In this document: piece after piece, positions 28,425 to 37,829 of the stretch
Layout: each line of letters opens with the position of its first letter
Numbering within the stretch: position 1 is the stretch's first letter
Origin: Candidatus Parcubacteria bacterium
GTDB taxonomy: Bacteria; Patescibacteriota; Minisyncoccia; Phycocordibacterales; UBA6065
Assembly (NCBI GenBank): GCA_039796155.1
Contig: JBDKKJ010000005.1
Span: forward strand, 1-48,237
Reading direction: 5' to 3'
Length of the DNA stretch: 48,237 nt
Program-made: the position numbers and the translations under genes
Notes under the pieces: model-generated
Told to the model about the DNA's origin: nothing
Databases searched by the model: none
The model's input: the letters and a program-made list of their open reading frames with translations, nothing else

Positions 28425-29135
28425 ATGTTACATTTCAAACACCACAAGGAATGGCTCACCACACCAATAGCCATTATCATAGCAGGGGCTTTAATAGCAA
28501 TCGGTATCTATTTAGGAGCTCTAAACATAGCCTCTAAGGGAGCTATAGCTGCAAAACCGGCCACGGCACCTGTCGCACCTGTAAAAATTAAACCTGTAAC
28601 TGCAGCGGACCATGTTATGGGTAACCCAAATGCAAAGGTTGTTATTGTTGAGTACTCAGACACTGAATGTCCGTATTGCAAGAGTTTACATTCAACACTC
28701 AATAAACTCGTTGCTACCTACGGAAAAGATGGATCTGTGGCATGGGTATACAGGCACTATCCTATCGACAGACTTCACTCAAAAGCACGCAAACAAGCTG
28801 AGGCAAGTGAGTGTGCTGCAGAACTTGGTGGAAACAAAGGTTTCTGGGAATTTTTAAATGAACTCTATGCAACTACTCCGTCAAATAACGGGCTTGATCC
28901 CGCAGAACTACCAAAGATAGCTAAAAAGGTTGGGCTCGACGTAGCTAAATTCGAAACCTGTCTTTCAAGTGGAAAATATACAGAGCTTATTGATGCACAG
29001 ATAAAAGATGCACTTGCGGCCGGAGCCAAAGGTACACCCTACAGTGTCATGATTACCAAGTCAGGAACAATACCACTCAAAGGAGCAGTGCCTTACGAAA
29101 ACCTTGAATCTATTCTCAAAAGTAATCTCAAATAA
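28425..29135 (+). CDS. DsbA/BdbD-like thiol-disulfide oxidoreductase (thioredoxin fold)
   Basis: TM anchor, EYSDTECPYC, YRHYP and GTP cis-Pro motif. Confidence 0.9.
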   Translation: MLHFKHHKEWLTTPIAIIIAGALIAIGIYLGALNIASKGAIAAKPATAPVAPVKIKPVTAADHVMGNPNAKVVIVEYSDTECPYCKSLHSTLNKLVATYGKDGSVAWVYRHYPIDRLHSKARKQAEASECAAELGGNKGFWEFLNELYATTPSNNGLDPAELPKIAKKVGLDVAKFETCLSSGKYTELIDAQIKDALAAGAKGTPYSVMITKSGTIPLKGAVPYENLESILKSNLK

Positions 29136-29175
29136 ATAAAAGAAAACCGCACACTGTGCGGTTTTCTTTTATTTA
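29133..29175. terminator. Bidirectional terminator ending dsbA and the 18-kb minus-strand island
   Basis: 20-bp stem taaataaaagaaaaccgcac-act-gtgcggttttcttttattta, spanning both stop codons. Confidence 0.85.
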
Positions 29176-29568
29176 CTTAACGACGGTGATAATACCTCTC
29201 TTGTTTGCATGAAAATGATCATGGAACCTCCACGTACCCGCTCTATCAAATGTAAACTGCCATGTTTCACCTGGACCCACAGGCTGACGTGGGTCAAACT
29301 CTGGATAAAGTTCATGTGTAGGATGAAGATCAGATGCGGGCCAGAAATTACAAGAAGCTTCCGACAAAGGGCAGTCTTCTGGCGCACCGTTCACAAATAA
29401 AATTGCCTGACCTTTTTGTATGGTAACTTCGGAAGGACTAAAACCATCTCGTGTCATTACTATCGTTGCAGATGGCTGCACTGCTACTGATTTTTTAAAT
29501 ATAAAATATCCAGCCACACCAACGACAGCTAATACAACTAAACCTAAGTAAATATTCTTTTTAGACAT
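29173..29568 (-). CDS. Membrane-anchored cupredoxin-fold protein (His-rich, no type-1 Cys)
   Basis: GFSPSEVTIQKG..F.N, WPASDLHPTH, PGETWQFTF..AGTWRFHDH and GIITV. Confidence 0.8.
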   Translation of the reverse strand: MSKKNIYLGLVVLAVVGVAGYFIFKKSVAVQPSATIVMTRDGFSPSEVTIQKGQAILFVNGAPEDCPLSEASCNFWPASDLHPTHELYPEFDPRQPVGPGETWQFTFDRAGTWRFHDHFHANKRGIITVVK

Positions 29569-30049
29569 ATTTTTTTATTAAAGTGCTACCAAGTACACCC
29601 AAGGCGAGGCCCCCACAAACAAGTCCTGTAAATAAAACATACGGCTGTTTCTGAGTAGATTCACCTTTTACAACCACGACATCAAAACTACTCTCGGAAA
29701 GAGTCTTTGATCTATCTTCGAATCTTATAAAGAGCTTGTAAGTCCCCTCTTCTGGGAAAATAAAGCTAAACCCTGTTTTTCCAAACTCACCGCGTGCTAT
29801 TGGGCCAGCAAAGAATAATTTATTATTCTTTTGAATTCGAACCCAGGCACTTGAAAATGGTATGTCTTCACGTGTATCTGCTTTAAGTAATGATAAATCC
29901 ATTCGAATGAATTCATTACTGATAAATTCAGCACTATATCCGATATCGAAGTAGTAGTCCCCCACTTTTTGTTCAAGAGAAAGACCGTCACCATGTGCAA
30001 AAATTGTAAGGGGTAGAAGAGATAGTAAGAAAATAAAAACGTATTTCAT
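29561..30049 (-). CDS. Exported YtkA/Ig-like protein with predicted mature N-terminal His and C-terminal anchor
   Basis: Signal peptide ...IFA|HGDG, F.FPEEGTY.L and C-terminal TM helix. Confidence 0.65.
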   Translation of the reverse strand: MKYVFIFLLSLLPLTIFAHGDGLSLEQKVGDYYFDIGYSAEFISNEFIRMDLSLLKADTREDIPFSSAWVRIQKNNKLFFAGPIARGEFGKTGFSFIFPEEGTYKLFIRFEDRSKTLSESSFDVVVVKGESTQKQPYVLFTGLVCGGLALGVLGSTLIKKYV

Positions 30050-30089
30050 ATATTGCTATTATACCGCCACCCTGAAAACATGCACCAGC

Positions 30090-31388
30090 TTAGTTTGAAT
30101 TCGTAAGACATTTTGTCTGCCACTGTGTGGGCAACAACATACAAAGCTTGGTAAAGTCTTTTGATTCTGGCGCATAGAGAAAACCGGCATAATAAGACAT
30201 TTCTTTATAGCAAACTTCCCCGACACCGCGTTCTGCAGCGTAATCACAAATGGCAACAGCTCTCTCAATAAGAAGTCTGTCGGTCTCAATTAATCGAGAC
30301 GCAGTATTGGCAAAGCACTGCGCCTTAATATCCAAAGGCAATTCCAAACACAACTTCTTCATTTTATCCGTATCAAATTGATAGGATGCCATAAGACCAT
30401 AGAAAAGTTTATTGAAACATTTCTTTTTCTCACCTGTATCAAGAGCATACGAACAGTAATCAATCACACCTTCGGTGGTACGTAGTGAGCCTTCACTTTC
30501 AATAACCCACGCCTCTCGAAAACAAGCGGTTCTCACAGTGTCAGAAAACGTATCGCAAAAGTTCTTGTAAACGCCCTGCCAACCAGCTTTCCAACAAGCG
30601 CCCTTTTGTACACCCGCCTCATACTGTTCACACACAGAGATGGCGTCCTTTTTTGGAATTAATTTATAGATAAGGCCGAAATCATCCGGTTCCCGAGGTT
30701 CAAATACTTGCATAAAAATACCCTCGTAGCAGGTTTCACGATAATCTCTTCCATCTGGTCTCTGAGCTAGCGCATCACACACCTTTGCCGACTCAACAAC
30801 ATTTGCATCAGCCAAATACATAGAAAGATGCCCTATCTCGTGATAGCAACTCGATTTTTCCTGATTAGTGGGATTCCAACCCTCTCTCTTCTCACAAATA
30901 TCCTTTAAGTCAGGCAGTAAATCATGAATTTCCACGCCGGAAAGTGAGGCCTTACTAAATCTTTCTTGTAGAGCGCCATGAAGACACCCATTGGAACATA
31001 TACCAACAGGGCAACGTGTCATGATACTTCGCCACTGTGCTGGATCTTTATAATACTCGTTTGCACTTATTTTATGAGCAGCAGCATGGCAAAACCAATA
31101 AGTATCATTTTGCTTCTGAACAAGCCTAACAACATCAAAAGCTTGCTCCAATGAAACGCCTTGGTTCATAATTTTTGGTATCTCAGTGTCATAGCAAGCT
31201 TGAGTAGAACTACCAGAAGCACCGCACAAGCTCAACACACCTTCAGCGAAGATATCAAGCTCAGCATCGCTGTGAATTCTTTGAGCCTTACTAGTGTAAA
31301 GAAAGAACAAAAGACCGATTACAAGCAAAGAAAAAGCTAACACGGTTGCAAGCAATTTTATCAGAGCTTTAGTATTTCTTTTTACCAT
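30090..31388 (-). CDS. Cys/His-rich helical-repeat exported protein, paralog 1
   Basis: TM anchor; CHAAAH, CSNGCLHG, CYHEIGH and CYEGIFM. Confidence 0.75.
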   Translation of the reverse strand: MVKRNTKALIKLLATVLAFSLLVIGLLFFLYTSKAQRIHSDAELDIFAEGVLSLCGASGSSTQACYDTEIPKIMNQGVSLEQAFDVVRLVQKQNDTYWFCHAAAHKISANEYYKDPAQWRSIMTRCPVGICSNGCLHGALQERFSKASLSGVEIHDLLPDLKDICEKREGWNPTNQEKSSCYHEIGHLSMYLADANVVESAKVCDALAQRPDGRDYRETCYEGIFMQVFEPREPDDFGLIYKLIPKKDAISVCEQYEAGVQKGACWKAGWQGVYKNFCDTFSDTVRTACFREAWVIESEGSLRTTEGVIDYCSYALDTGEKKKCFNKLFYGLMASYQFDTDKMKKLCLELPLDIKAQCFANTASRLIETDRLLIERAVAICDYAAERGVGEVCYKEMSYYAGFLYAPESKDFTKLCMLLPTQWQTKCLTNSN

Positions 31389-31394
31389 ACAAGC

Positions 31395-31766
31395 TTATTT
31401 CTCTATTACTGTAATTGCTCCTACAAAGTAAGGTGCGAGATGATCATGAAATTTCCACACACCCTCCCTCTTAAACTGAAAGGTCCATGTTTTGTCTTTA
31501 GCGATTGGCACCCGTGGATCAAACTCTGGATACAACTCATGTGTCGGATGCAGGTCTGACGCTGGCCAGAAATTTCGATCTATATCTGCTTGGAATGTAA
31601 CCTTATCACCCTTGTCGATAGTTACTTTTGAGGGGTAAAAACCTTTCTCGGTAAGTGCGATAAAAAACACCTTAGGTGTTTTTTGAAAGGCGCCAGTTTG
31701 TATAAAGAAATAGATACATAGCATTACAACCACTACAGTACAGCCTGTAATAACTTTATATATCAT
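31395..31766 (-). CDS. Membrane-anchored cupredoxin-fold protein (His-rich, no type-1 Cys)
   Basis: GFYPSKVTIDKGDKVTF, WPASDLHPTH and GVWKFHDH. Confidence 0.8.
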   Translation of the reverse strand: MIYKVITGCTVVVVMLCIYFFIQTGAFQKTPKVFFIALTEKGFYPSKVTIDKGDKVTFQADIDRNFWPASDLHPTHELYPEFDPRVPIAKDKTWTFQFKREGVWKFHDHLAPYFVGAITVIEK

Positions 31767-31768
31767 GT

Positions 31769-33046
31769 TTATTCAGCAGTACGCTTAAGTTCTGATTGCT
31801 GCCGATTTCCACTAAAACACTTTTCGTTCCATGGCACTGGCATCACCGCACAAAAAGATTTAAAAGCTTCACTTCCCTGATGGAAATTAAATGTTGAGTA
31901 TTTTAAAAGCTCTTTGAAACAGAGATTATCGACATCATACATTGCACCTTTTTCGCATAATGCCACAGCGCTCGGGCCATTTCTATAATCAGTTTCAATT
32001 AAACGCGATGACGCCTGTGCAAAGCAATTACCGCTATATTTTGAAGGCATCGCTGAGCAGTAGTCAAACACCTTGTCCTGATTAAAGCCCATTTGTGCTG
32101 TGTACACGTAAAGTAACGCATTAAAACAGCGACCCCTCTCCTGTTTTTCGCTAAGGTAGTTGCAGTGATTGATAAGATTCTCTGGCTTATACAACTCTTC
32201 TCGAAACAATGGCCAGCTTTCTGACCAACATGAACCCTTTTGTTTTCCTGCATAATCGTCACAGAAGGCCTTTACATGTTTCTTATCAACCTCCTTCCCT
32301 ACAATAAGCGCAAAGTCATCTGGTTCGAGAGGCTGAAATATTTGCATGAATGAACCGTCAAAACAAAGCTGAGAATAGTCGTTTTCTGGTTTAACAGTCA
32401 TCTCTTTGCAAAGCGAAACTGACTTGCGAATATCGGCGCCTGTCACGTACATAAAGAGATGCCCGAGCGCATGATAACAACTCGCCTTCTCAAGACCTGT
32501 TGGGTTGAAACCTGATCTGTTTTCACATACATTTTCAAACTGCGGCTTTAACACCTCAATTTCTTCGTCCGTAAGAACTTCTTTTCTAAAACGCTCCTGA
32601 AAGGCGCCGTGAATACAACCATTCGAACAAAGCCCTGAAGGACAACGCTTAATTACATCCTGCCATTTGTCAGGATCAACCGCAGTTTCTCGTGCTGCCA
32701 GTTTGTGACCCAATACATGACAGTAACGGTATGAAGGATCCTCATCCTGAATCAATCGAGTAACTTGAAAAGCATCCTCCATGGATATTTGCCCCATGAG
32801 TTTTGGGATCTCGTCGTCATAGCACGTAGGTTTATATTTTGATGACGAACACTTTGTTACAGTTGTATGTGCTAGTACCGTAAAATCCCCACTTTTAATC
32901 GAGCTACCCCCCAGGAGTGACAACTCGACCACAACAGCCAACAATAAAACTCCAACAAGCGAGAAAACAATTTTATTCTTTAAGAATTCTTTTCGCAGAA
33001 ACTTAAATGCCGCATGGAGATGTCTAACCCTGTGATCAAAAATCAT
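31769..33046 (-). CDS. Cys/His-rich helical-repeat exported protein, paralog 2
   Basis: CHVLGH, CSNGCIHG, CYHALGH and CFDGSFM; close paralog of 30090-31388. Confidence 0.75.
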   Translation of the reverse strand: MIFDHRVRHLHAAFKFLRKEFLKNKIVFSLVGVLLLAVVVELSLLGGSSIKSGDFTVLAHTTVTKCSSSKYKPTCYDDEIPKLMGQISMEDAFQVTRLIQDEDPSYRYCHVLGHKLAARETAVDPDKWQDVIKRCPSGLCSNGCIHGAFQERFRKEVLTDEEIEVLKPQFENVCENRSGFNPTGLEKASCYHALGHLFMYVTGADIRKSVSLCKEMTVKPENDYSQLCFDGSFMQIFQPLEPDDFALIVGKEVDKKHVKAFCDDYAGKQKGSCWSESWPLFREELYKPENLINHCNYLSEKQERGRCFNALLYVYTAQMGFNQDKVFDYCSAMPSKYSGNCFAQASSRLIETDYRNGPSAVALCEKGAMYDVDNLCFKELLKYSTFNFHQGSEAFKSFCAVMPVPWNEKCFSGNRQQSELKRTAE

Positions 33047-33074
33047 ACACCAATTATATCATCTAAATATGTGC

Positions 33075-34553
33075 CTAAGGTGCTACACACAACTTTCTGT
33101 ACTTAATATCGATAGTTGCACATATAGAAGCCTGTTTTTCTGGTGGGTAATAAGCACGGATACCGCCAAAGGCCATCTTAATACATTGGATCCTCTCGTC
33201 CTCAAGGAGCTTTTCTGACATACAAAAAGCGACCGCTGCCTCATACTCTTTACCTGGAGTTCCAAACTCCATGATTCCACTTGGAATACCCTGCAAACAC
33301 GGTACAACCAAATCCTTTCTTGCAGAATGACACGCGTCAATGGTATTTTCAAAATCTTCATCAAAAGGTTGTTTAAAACGCGACGGTACAACGCCAGACA
33401 AACTTCTCATTGCAAGAGCCGCATACTTATTTTCATCATCTATCTTTTCAACAAAATGAATTCCCTTCTTGAGATCACCCTGTGCCAAACGCATACCCAA
33501 AGTATTCATTTCTTGGTAGCACGGATTTTTTATGCGAAATTCATCCCAATTTTTACACACCTCAAAAGGATTTGTGACACTATCAAGGCGCAAATTATAT
33601 GAATTTGCCATATACATAAGTGCCAACGAATTAAATACACCAGAAACACATCTGTAAAAATGAGGTTCTTTTGAATCGACTTTATTACAAAGCTCTATAC
33701 CCGGCGAAACGAGCGCGATTGGATTACCCCACGCACGAGGATCGCTCCCGTCAGCAGCACCGTGTCCTATACCGTGATAACAAGCACCCTCAGCGTTTGC
33801 GCTTTCCTTTGAGAGTATCTTACCTGCATCAGTACAAAATTTTCTTGCATCATCGAGATTTCCCGATAACTGCAACATTTCCTCCATAAAGCCGTGATAA
33901 AAACCATAACTACAATAAGATGTTTTTCCTGTAAGTTTTATAGTACCCCCCTCTTCAAACACATGGTACGCACTTTTCCCGAGTATATGAGATACGGCAT
34001 GACATGAATCTTTGAATGCAGGTTCGTTATTATACAGAAACGCCATTCTATCAAGCGCTTTTTCTAAGCCCTCTTTTTTAAGAACGCCTACCACATCTAT
34101 TTGATAGCACTCACTTGGAGTAGAGTTCTTATTTTTACAGTCTGGTAAGACCACCTTACCTGTTTTACTCAGCACGACTATCTCCCCTTCCACTACAGAC
34201 GCCAAATGATCATGGAATTTCCACACACCAGGATTTTGAAAACTGTATGTCCATGTATCATTGGGCTTTAAAGGTCTTCTTGTATCAAACTGAGGATCAA
34301 CATTATGAGTTGGATGTGGATCAGATGCAGGCCACACTTCGTGTGTTGAGTCATTTATAAATGTAACTACATCGCCCATGTTTACAACCAAACGTCGTGG
34401 CGATAAACCACTTTCATTAAACCTAATCTCTTTAATGGGTGAAAGCGCTAGATCATCACTCCTATATTTTAAAAATAGAATTGGGATAATCACACACAAA
34501 AAACCGATACTTATAACTATCTTTATATTTTTAATTTTCAGAAGACTCTTCAT
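33075..34553 (-). CDS. Fusion of His-rich cupredoxin and Cys/His-rich helical-repeat domain (paralog 3)
   Basis: N-terminal WPASDPHPTH..WKFHDH; C-terminal CHAVSH, CSYGFYHG, CYHGIGH and CVSGVFN. Confidence 0.78.
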   Translation of the reverse strand: MKSLLKIKNIKIVISIGFLCVIIPILFLKYRSDDLALSPIKEIRFNESGLSPRRLVVNMGDVVTFINDSTHEVWPASDPHPTHNVDPQFDTRRPLKPNDTWTYSFQNPGVWKFHDHLASVVEGEIVVLSKTGKVVLPDCKNKNSTPSECYQIDVVGVLKKEGLEKALDRMAFLYNNEPAFKDSCHAVSHILGKSAYHVFEEGGTIKLTGKTSYCSYGFYHGFMEEMLQLSGNLDDARKFCTDAGKILSKESANAEGACYHGIGHGAADGSDPRAWGNPIALVSPGIELCNKVDSKEPHFYRCVSGVFNSLALMYMANSYNLRLDSVTNPFEVCKNWDEFRIKNPCYQEMNTLGMRLAQGDLKKGIHFVEKIDDENKYAALAMRSLSGVVPSRFKQPFDEDFENTIDACHSARKDLVVPCLQGIPSGIMEFGTPGKEYEAAVAFCMSEKLLEDERIQCIKMAFGGIRAYYPPEKQASICATIDIKYRKLCVAP

Positions 34554-35596
34554 TATATAAGAATTTTAGCCTGTTCATTACAGTATTCTTTATCAACGGA
34601 ACTCAATCCTTCACACAACACTCCCATTTTATTTCGTGTTGTTGGTTCTGCAAAAAAGGCCCAAGACGCTCCTGCACGACATTCAAGCAAATCTTGATGT
34701 TTCGGCATGAGCTCACACTGGTTAATAGCCTCCTCGGAATTGTATTTAGAGCCGGCGGCTATTGTATTTCCCAAACCCTTAAAACACGCATCTCGCATAG
34801 ATCCGATCGGTGCCAAACCACACAGTAAACCTGTTTTAGCATAATCATGTGAGACAGTAGCGTAGTGCCAGGCAGGAAGCTCGAAATAACACGCTTGAGA
34901 GAACCTCTTGTTGACAGTGTCACACGGGAAGAGGGGCTTTTGGGAATCGAAAACTCTTCCCTGTGCACCCTGTATGCTCTGCATGGTATGAAAATTATAT
35001 TCCATGAAGACACCACTTTGACAGCCGTTAAACAATCCTTTCCAAGAAAGTTTTGAACAAACTTCGAGGGCTTTATCAAGTGAGTCATTTCCAAGATATC
35101 CCAACACTCCGTGACCAATACCATGAGGACATCCCAGACCCTTCGGACCAAACTTTTTTACACACAACTCATCAAGAGTAGTTACAGACTCAATTCCCCC
35201 ATCAGTTATTGCCCGTCCGAAAAAACTGTGATAACAGCCAAAGGCGAAAGATGCGTCACACACAACTATCCCGTTAATTCCCTCTTTCTCGTATATAAGT
35301 TCACCCATAATATGAGACAGGGTGTGAGCGATACCAAACCCCTTACCCTGGGTATCGATTTTAAAATCTTGATATGCCTTTTCGGCACCAACTGTGTCAA
35401 TTTCCTTTTTCCAAAAAGCGCGTTCTTTAGTATAGTTACCTGACCACAACACATCCAAAGAATCTTTTGGTTTGCTCTTAGTTGAAAAATACATGATAAC
35501 CAGAGAAAGTACCACCGCAAAAAGTACAACAATACTCGTCACCAGTACTTTATTTTTCAATAAAAAATGTTTATGTTGATTCCACATCACTTTCAT
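34553..35596 (-). CDS. Cys/His-rich helical-repeat exported protein, paralog 4
   Basis: AHTLSH, FGCYHS, CPHGIGH and CQSGVFME. Confidence 0.75.
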   Translation of the reverse strand: MKVMWNQHKHFLLKNKVLVTSIVVLFAVVLSLVIMYFSTKSKPKDSLDVLWSGNYTKERAFWKKEIDTVGAEKAYQDFKIDTQGKGFGIAHTLSHIMGELIYEKEGINGIVVCDASFAFGCYHSFFGRAITDGGIESVTTLDELCVKKFGPKGLGCPHGIGHGVLGYLGNDSLDKALEVCSKLSWKGLFNGCQSGVFMEYNFHTMQSIQGAQGRVFDSQKPLFPCDTVNKRFSQACYFELPAWHYATVSHDYAKTGLLCGLAPIGSMRDACFKGLGNTIAAGSKYNSEEAINQCELMPKHQDLLECRAGASWAFFAEPTTRNKMGVLCEGLSSVDKEYCNEQAKILI

Positions 35597-35603
35597 AACT
35601 AGA

Positions 35604-36623
35604 TTATAGCTTATTTACTCTGTCTGAAATATCCTTTTGTGAGGGGCACTCCTTAATATCTTTGCCTGAAAGTTTATCGCATACCTTTATAGAGTCGTTT
35701 CTTGCCTTTAATTCTGCAAAAAATGCCCACGCAGCCCGCTGTAAGCATGAAACCTCGCCTGCCTTTTCCTTAATGTAGGCACACGATTGCTGCGTTTTCA
35801 ATACATCATATTCAGAACTTGGAGCAGCTACATTACCGGTACCTAGATAACAAGCTTCTTTTTCTTTAGCTCCTACGATAGAAGCACAGAAATCGGCGGC
35901 ACGCGCAAAGTCATTTTTAAATATTCTAAGCCACCACTGGGGCTGTTCAAAATAACACGTTTCCCTATTCTTTGTAGGAATATCTGTACATGGTTCATAC
36001 GGTCTTTGTGGGTCAAACTTTCTATTTTCGGCGGAAACGACACTTTGCATTGTATGAAAGTTATACTCCATGAACACCCCACTTTGGCAACCGCCAAATT
36101 TTTCTTTCCAAACCAACTTATCACAGACACCAAGTGCTTCAACGAGTTTTTCGTCTCCGAAATACCCTAAAATTCCATGACCAATGCCATGAGGACACCC
36201 CAAGCCAAGACCCCAGCGTTTATAACACGCCTCAGCAAGTCTGGTAATAGAATCAAGACCTTCTGTAGCAATCGCTTTACCAAAAAAACTGTGATAACAG
36301 CCAAAGGCAAAAGCCCCGTCACAAACCGTAATACCCTTTTCGCCTTCACTCTCATAAAGGAGTTCGCCCATAATATGAGCCAGTGTATGTGCAACGTCAA
36401 ATTCTTTATCCGCTGTATCTTTTTTGAAAATTTCGTAGGCTTCTTCAGCACCCAGCTTTTTAATAGAAGCACGAAGCGCATCTTTTTCCTTTACATAATT
36501 ACCCACCCATAATTTTTGAAGCGGGTCTTGTGGATACCCTTGATCCTCGCTTTCCTTATAAATCAAAGAGCTGAGGCAGAAAAAGAGAATTATTACTGCA
36601 CTGACAAGATTTTTTGTTGACAT
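35604..36623 (-). CDS. Cys/His-rich helical-repeat exported protein, paralog 5
   Basis: AHTLAH, FGCYHS, CPHGIGH and CQSGVFME; close paralog of 34553-35596. Confidence 0.75.
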   Translation of the reverse strand: MSTKNLVSAVIILFFCLSSLIYKESEDQGYPQDPLQKLWVGNYVKEKDALRASIKKLGAEEAYEIFKKDTADKEFDVAHTLAHIMGELLYESEGEKGITVCDGAFAFGCYHSFFGKAIATEGLDSITRLAEACYKRWGLGLGCPHGIGHGILGYFGDEKLVEALGVCDKLVWKEKFGGCQSGVFMEYNFHTMQSVVSAENRKFDPQRPYEPCTDIPTKNRETCYFEQPQWWLRIFKNDFARAADFCASIVGAKEKEACYLGTGNVAAPSSEYDVLKTQQSCAYIKEKAGEVSCLQRAAWAFFAELKARNDSIKVCDKLSGKDIKECPSQKDISDRVNKL

Positions 36624-37819
36624 AATTTCTTTCGATCACCCTCCATACTGTTACAAATATATTCTCTACGTGATGCGTCTTGTATATAGAATTTAACCTC
36701 CGAAAAAAGTTCATTAAGACAGTCAGAATTTTTCATGCGCTTGTCTGCAAGTTCACAGAAGTGAACAGCGGCCTTTGGATCATTCTCACCTCCCCACAGC
36801 ATAGAACCAAGTGCAGACAGTATACAGTGTTTCTTACCATCAGCAGGCCCAGCAAGGTAACACCAATCAAGAACATTAGTTGCCTGGGCAGTGTTCATCT
36901 GATCAATCTTCCGAATATCGCGATTCTGAGCAAGAACTATGAATTCTTTACCAAAACCAGCAAAACAAGCCTTCCGATCTTCGCCAGTAAGAGGTTCACA
37001 GTATGTAAATGCCTCCTTGTACTGACTTGGTAAAGGATAACCGAGATCAGCCCCGGCGGTCTGAAAAAGATGGGGTGTAAGATATGTGTAACACATACCC
37101 CTCATTGATCCCGGCATAAATGATGCATCGCAAGGAAAAAGCGGATCACTCTTTTTGAAATATTTCTTAACCTTCTCTTGCCACATCTCCCTATCATGTA
37201 CTCCGGCAATCATTTCCATAATTGTACCCCCCACACACTCGATAGCCTCGCGACCATTAGCGCCGCCAAAACCAACCTTTTCACACATTTTTACAGCTAG
37301 AGGAAGCTCGTAGTCGTTAAACGCCAAAACACCGTGACCTAGTCCGTGAAAACACATTGTATATGCCCCAGTACCTCCTGGAGCCTGCTTGCAAAGCTCA
37401 GCAATTTCAGCAAGTGAATCAGGTCCCTTTTCAAGAAGAGTGCCGATCACAATAGTGTGTGAACACGCGTTTCTAAAATCCTGATCACAAATCAATATAC
37501 CCTTGGCACCTTGCTGTTTATAAAGAATATCCCCCACTATATGCCCTAACAAATGAACGTCTATTCCAGCTGGAAGCGGTGCACGTTTCAGAACCTCGAA
37601 CGCGTAAGGTGCTCCTTTTTTATTGGCAACATTTGCAAAGAAAACAGACAAATCCTTAAAAGATGCATCTGGCTTTATTTGGGAAATCTCTTCGTACGAA
37701 GCATTTGAGCTCTGAAAAAGATACATTCCCATTAGAAAACAGCTTGAGGTCAAAAATATGATAGAAAGACCCAACCAGCCGACGCGATGCCACGCTGATT
37801 TAATATGTTTTCTCATCAA
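36593..37819 (-). CDS. Cys/His-rich helical-repeat exported protein, paralog 6
   Basis: VHLLGH, NACSHT, CFHGLGH and CVGGTIME. Confidence 0.75.
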   Translation of the reverse strand: MMRKHIKSAWHRVGWLGLSIIFLTSSCFLMGMYLFQSSNASYEEISQIKPDASFKDLSVFFANVANKKGAPYAFEVLKRAPLPAGIDVHLLGHIVGDILYKQQGAKGILICDQDFRNACSHTIVIGTLLEKGPDSLAEIAELCKQAPGGTGAYTMCFHGLGHGVLAFNDYELPLAVKMCEKVGFGGANGREAIECVGGTIMEMIAGVHDREMWQEKVKKYFKKSDPLFPCDASFMPGSMRGMCYTYLTPHLFQTAGADLGYPLPSQYKEAFTYCEPLTGEDRKACFAGFGKEFIVLAQNRDIRKIDQMNTAQATNVLDWCYLAGPADGKKHCILSALGSMLWGGENDPKAAVHFCELADKRMKNSDCLNELFSEVKFYIQDASRREYICNSMEGDRKKLCQQKILSVQ

Positions 37820-37829
37820 GAGGTTAGAA

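Noticed and set aside
30090-37819. Cys/His-rich paralogs as multiheme c-type cytochromes
   Set aside because: I found no CxxCH motifs (patterns are CxxGCxH, CH and CxH), and no cytochrome c maturation genes are in the window.
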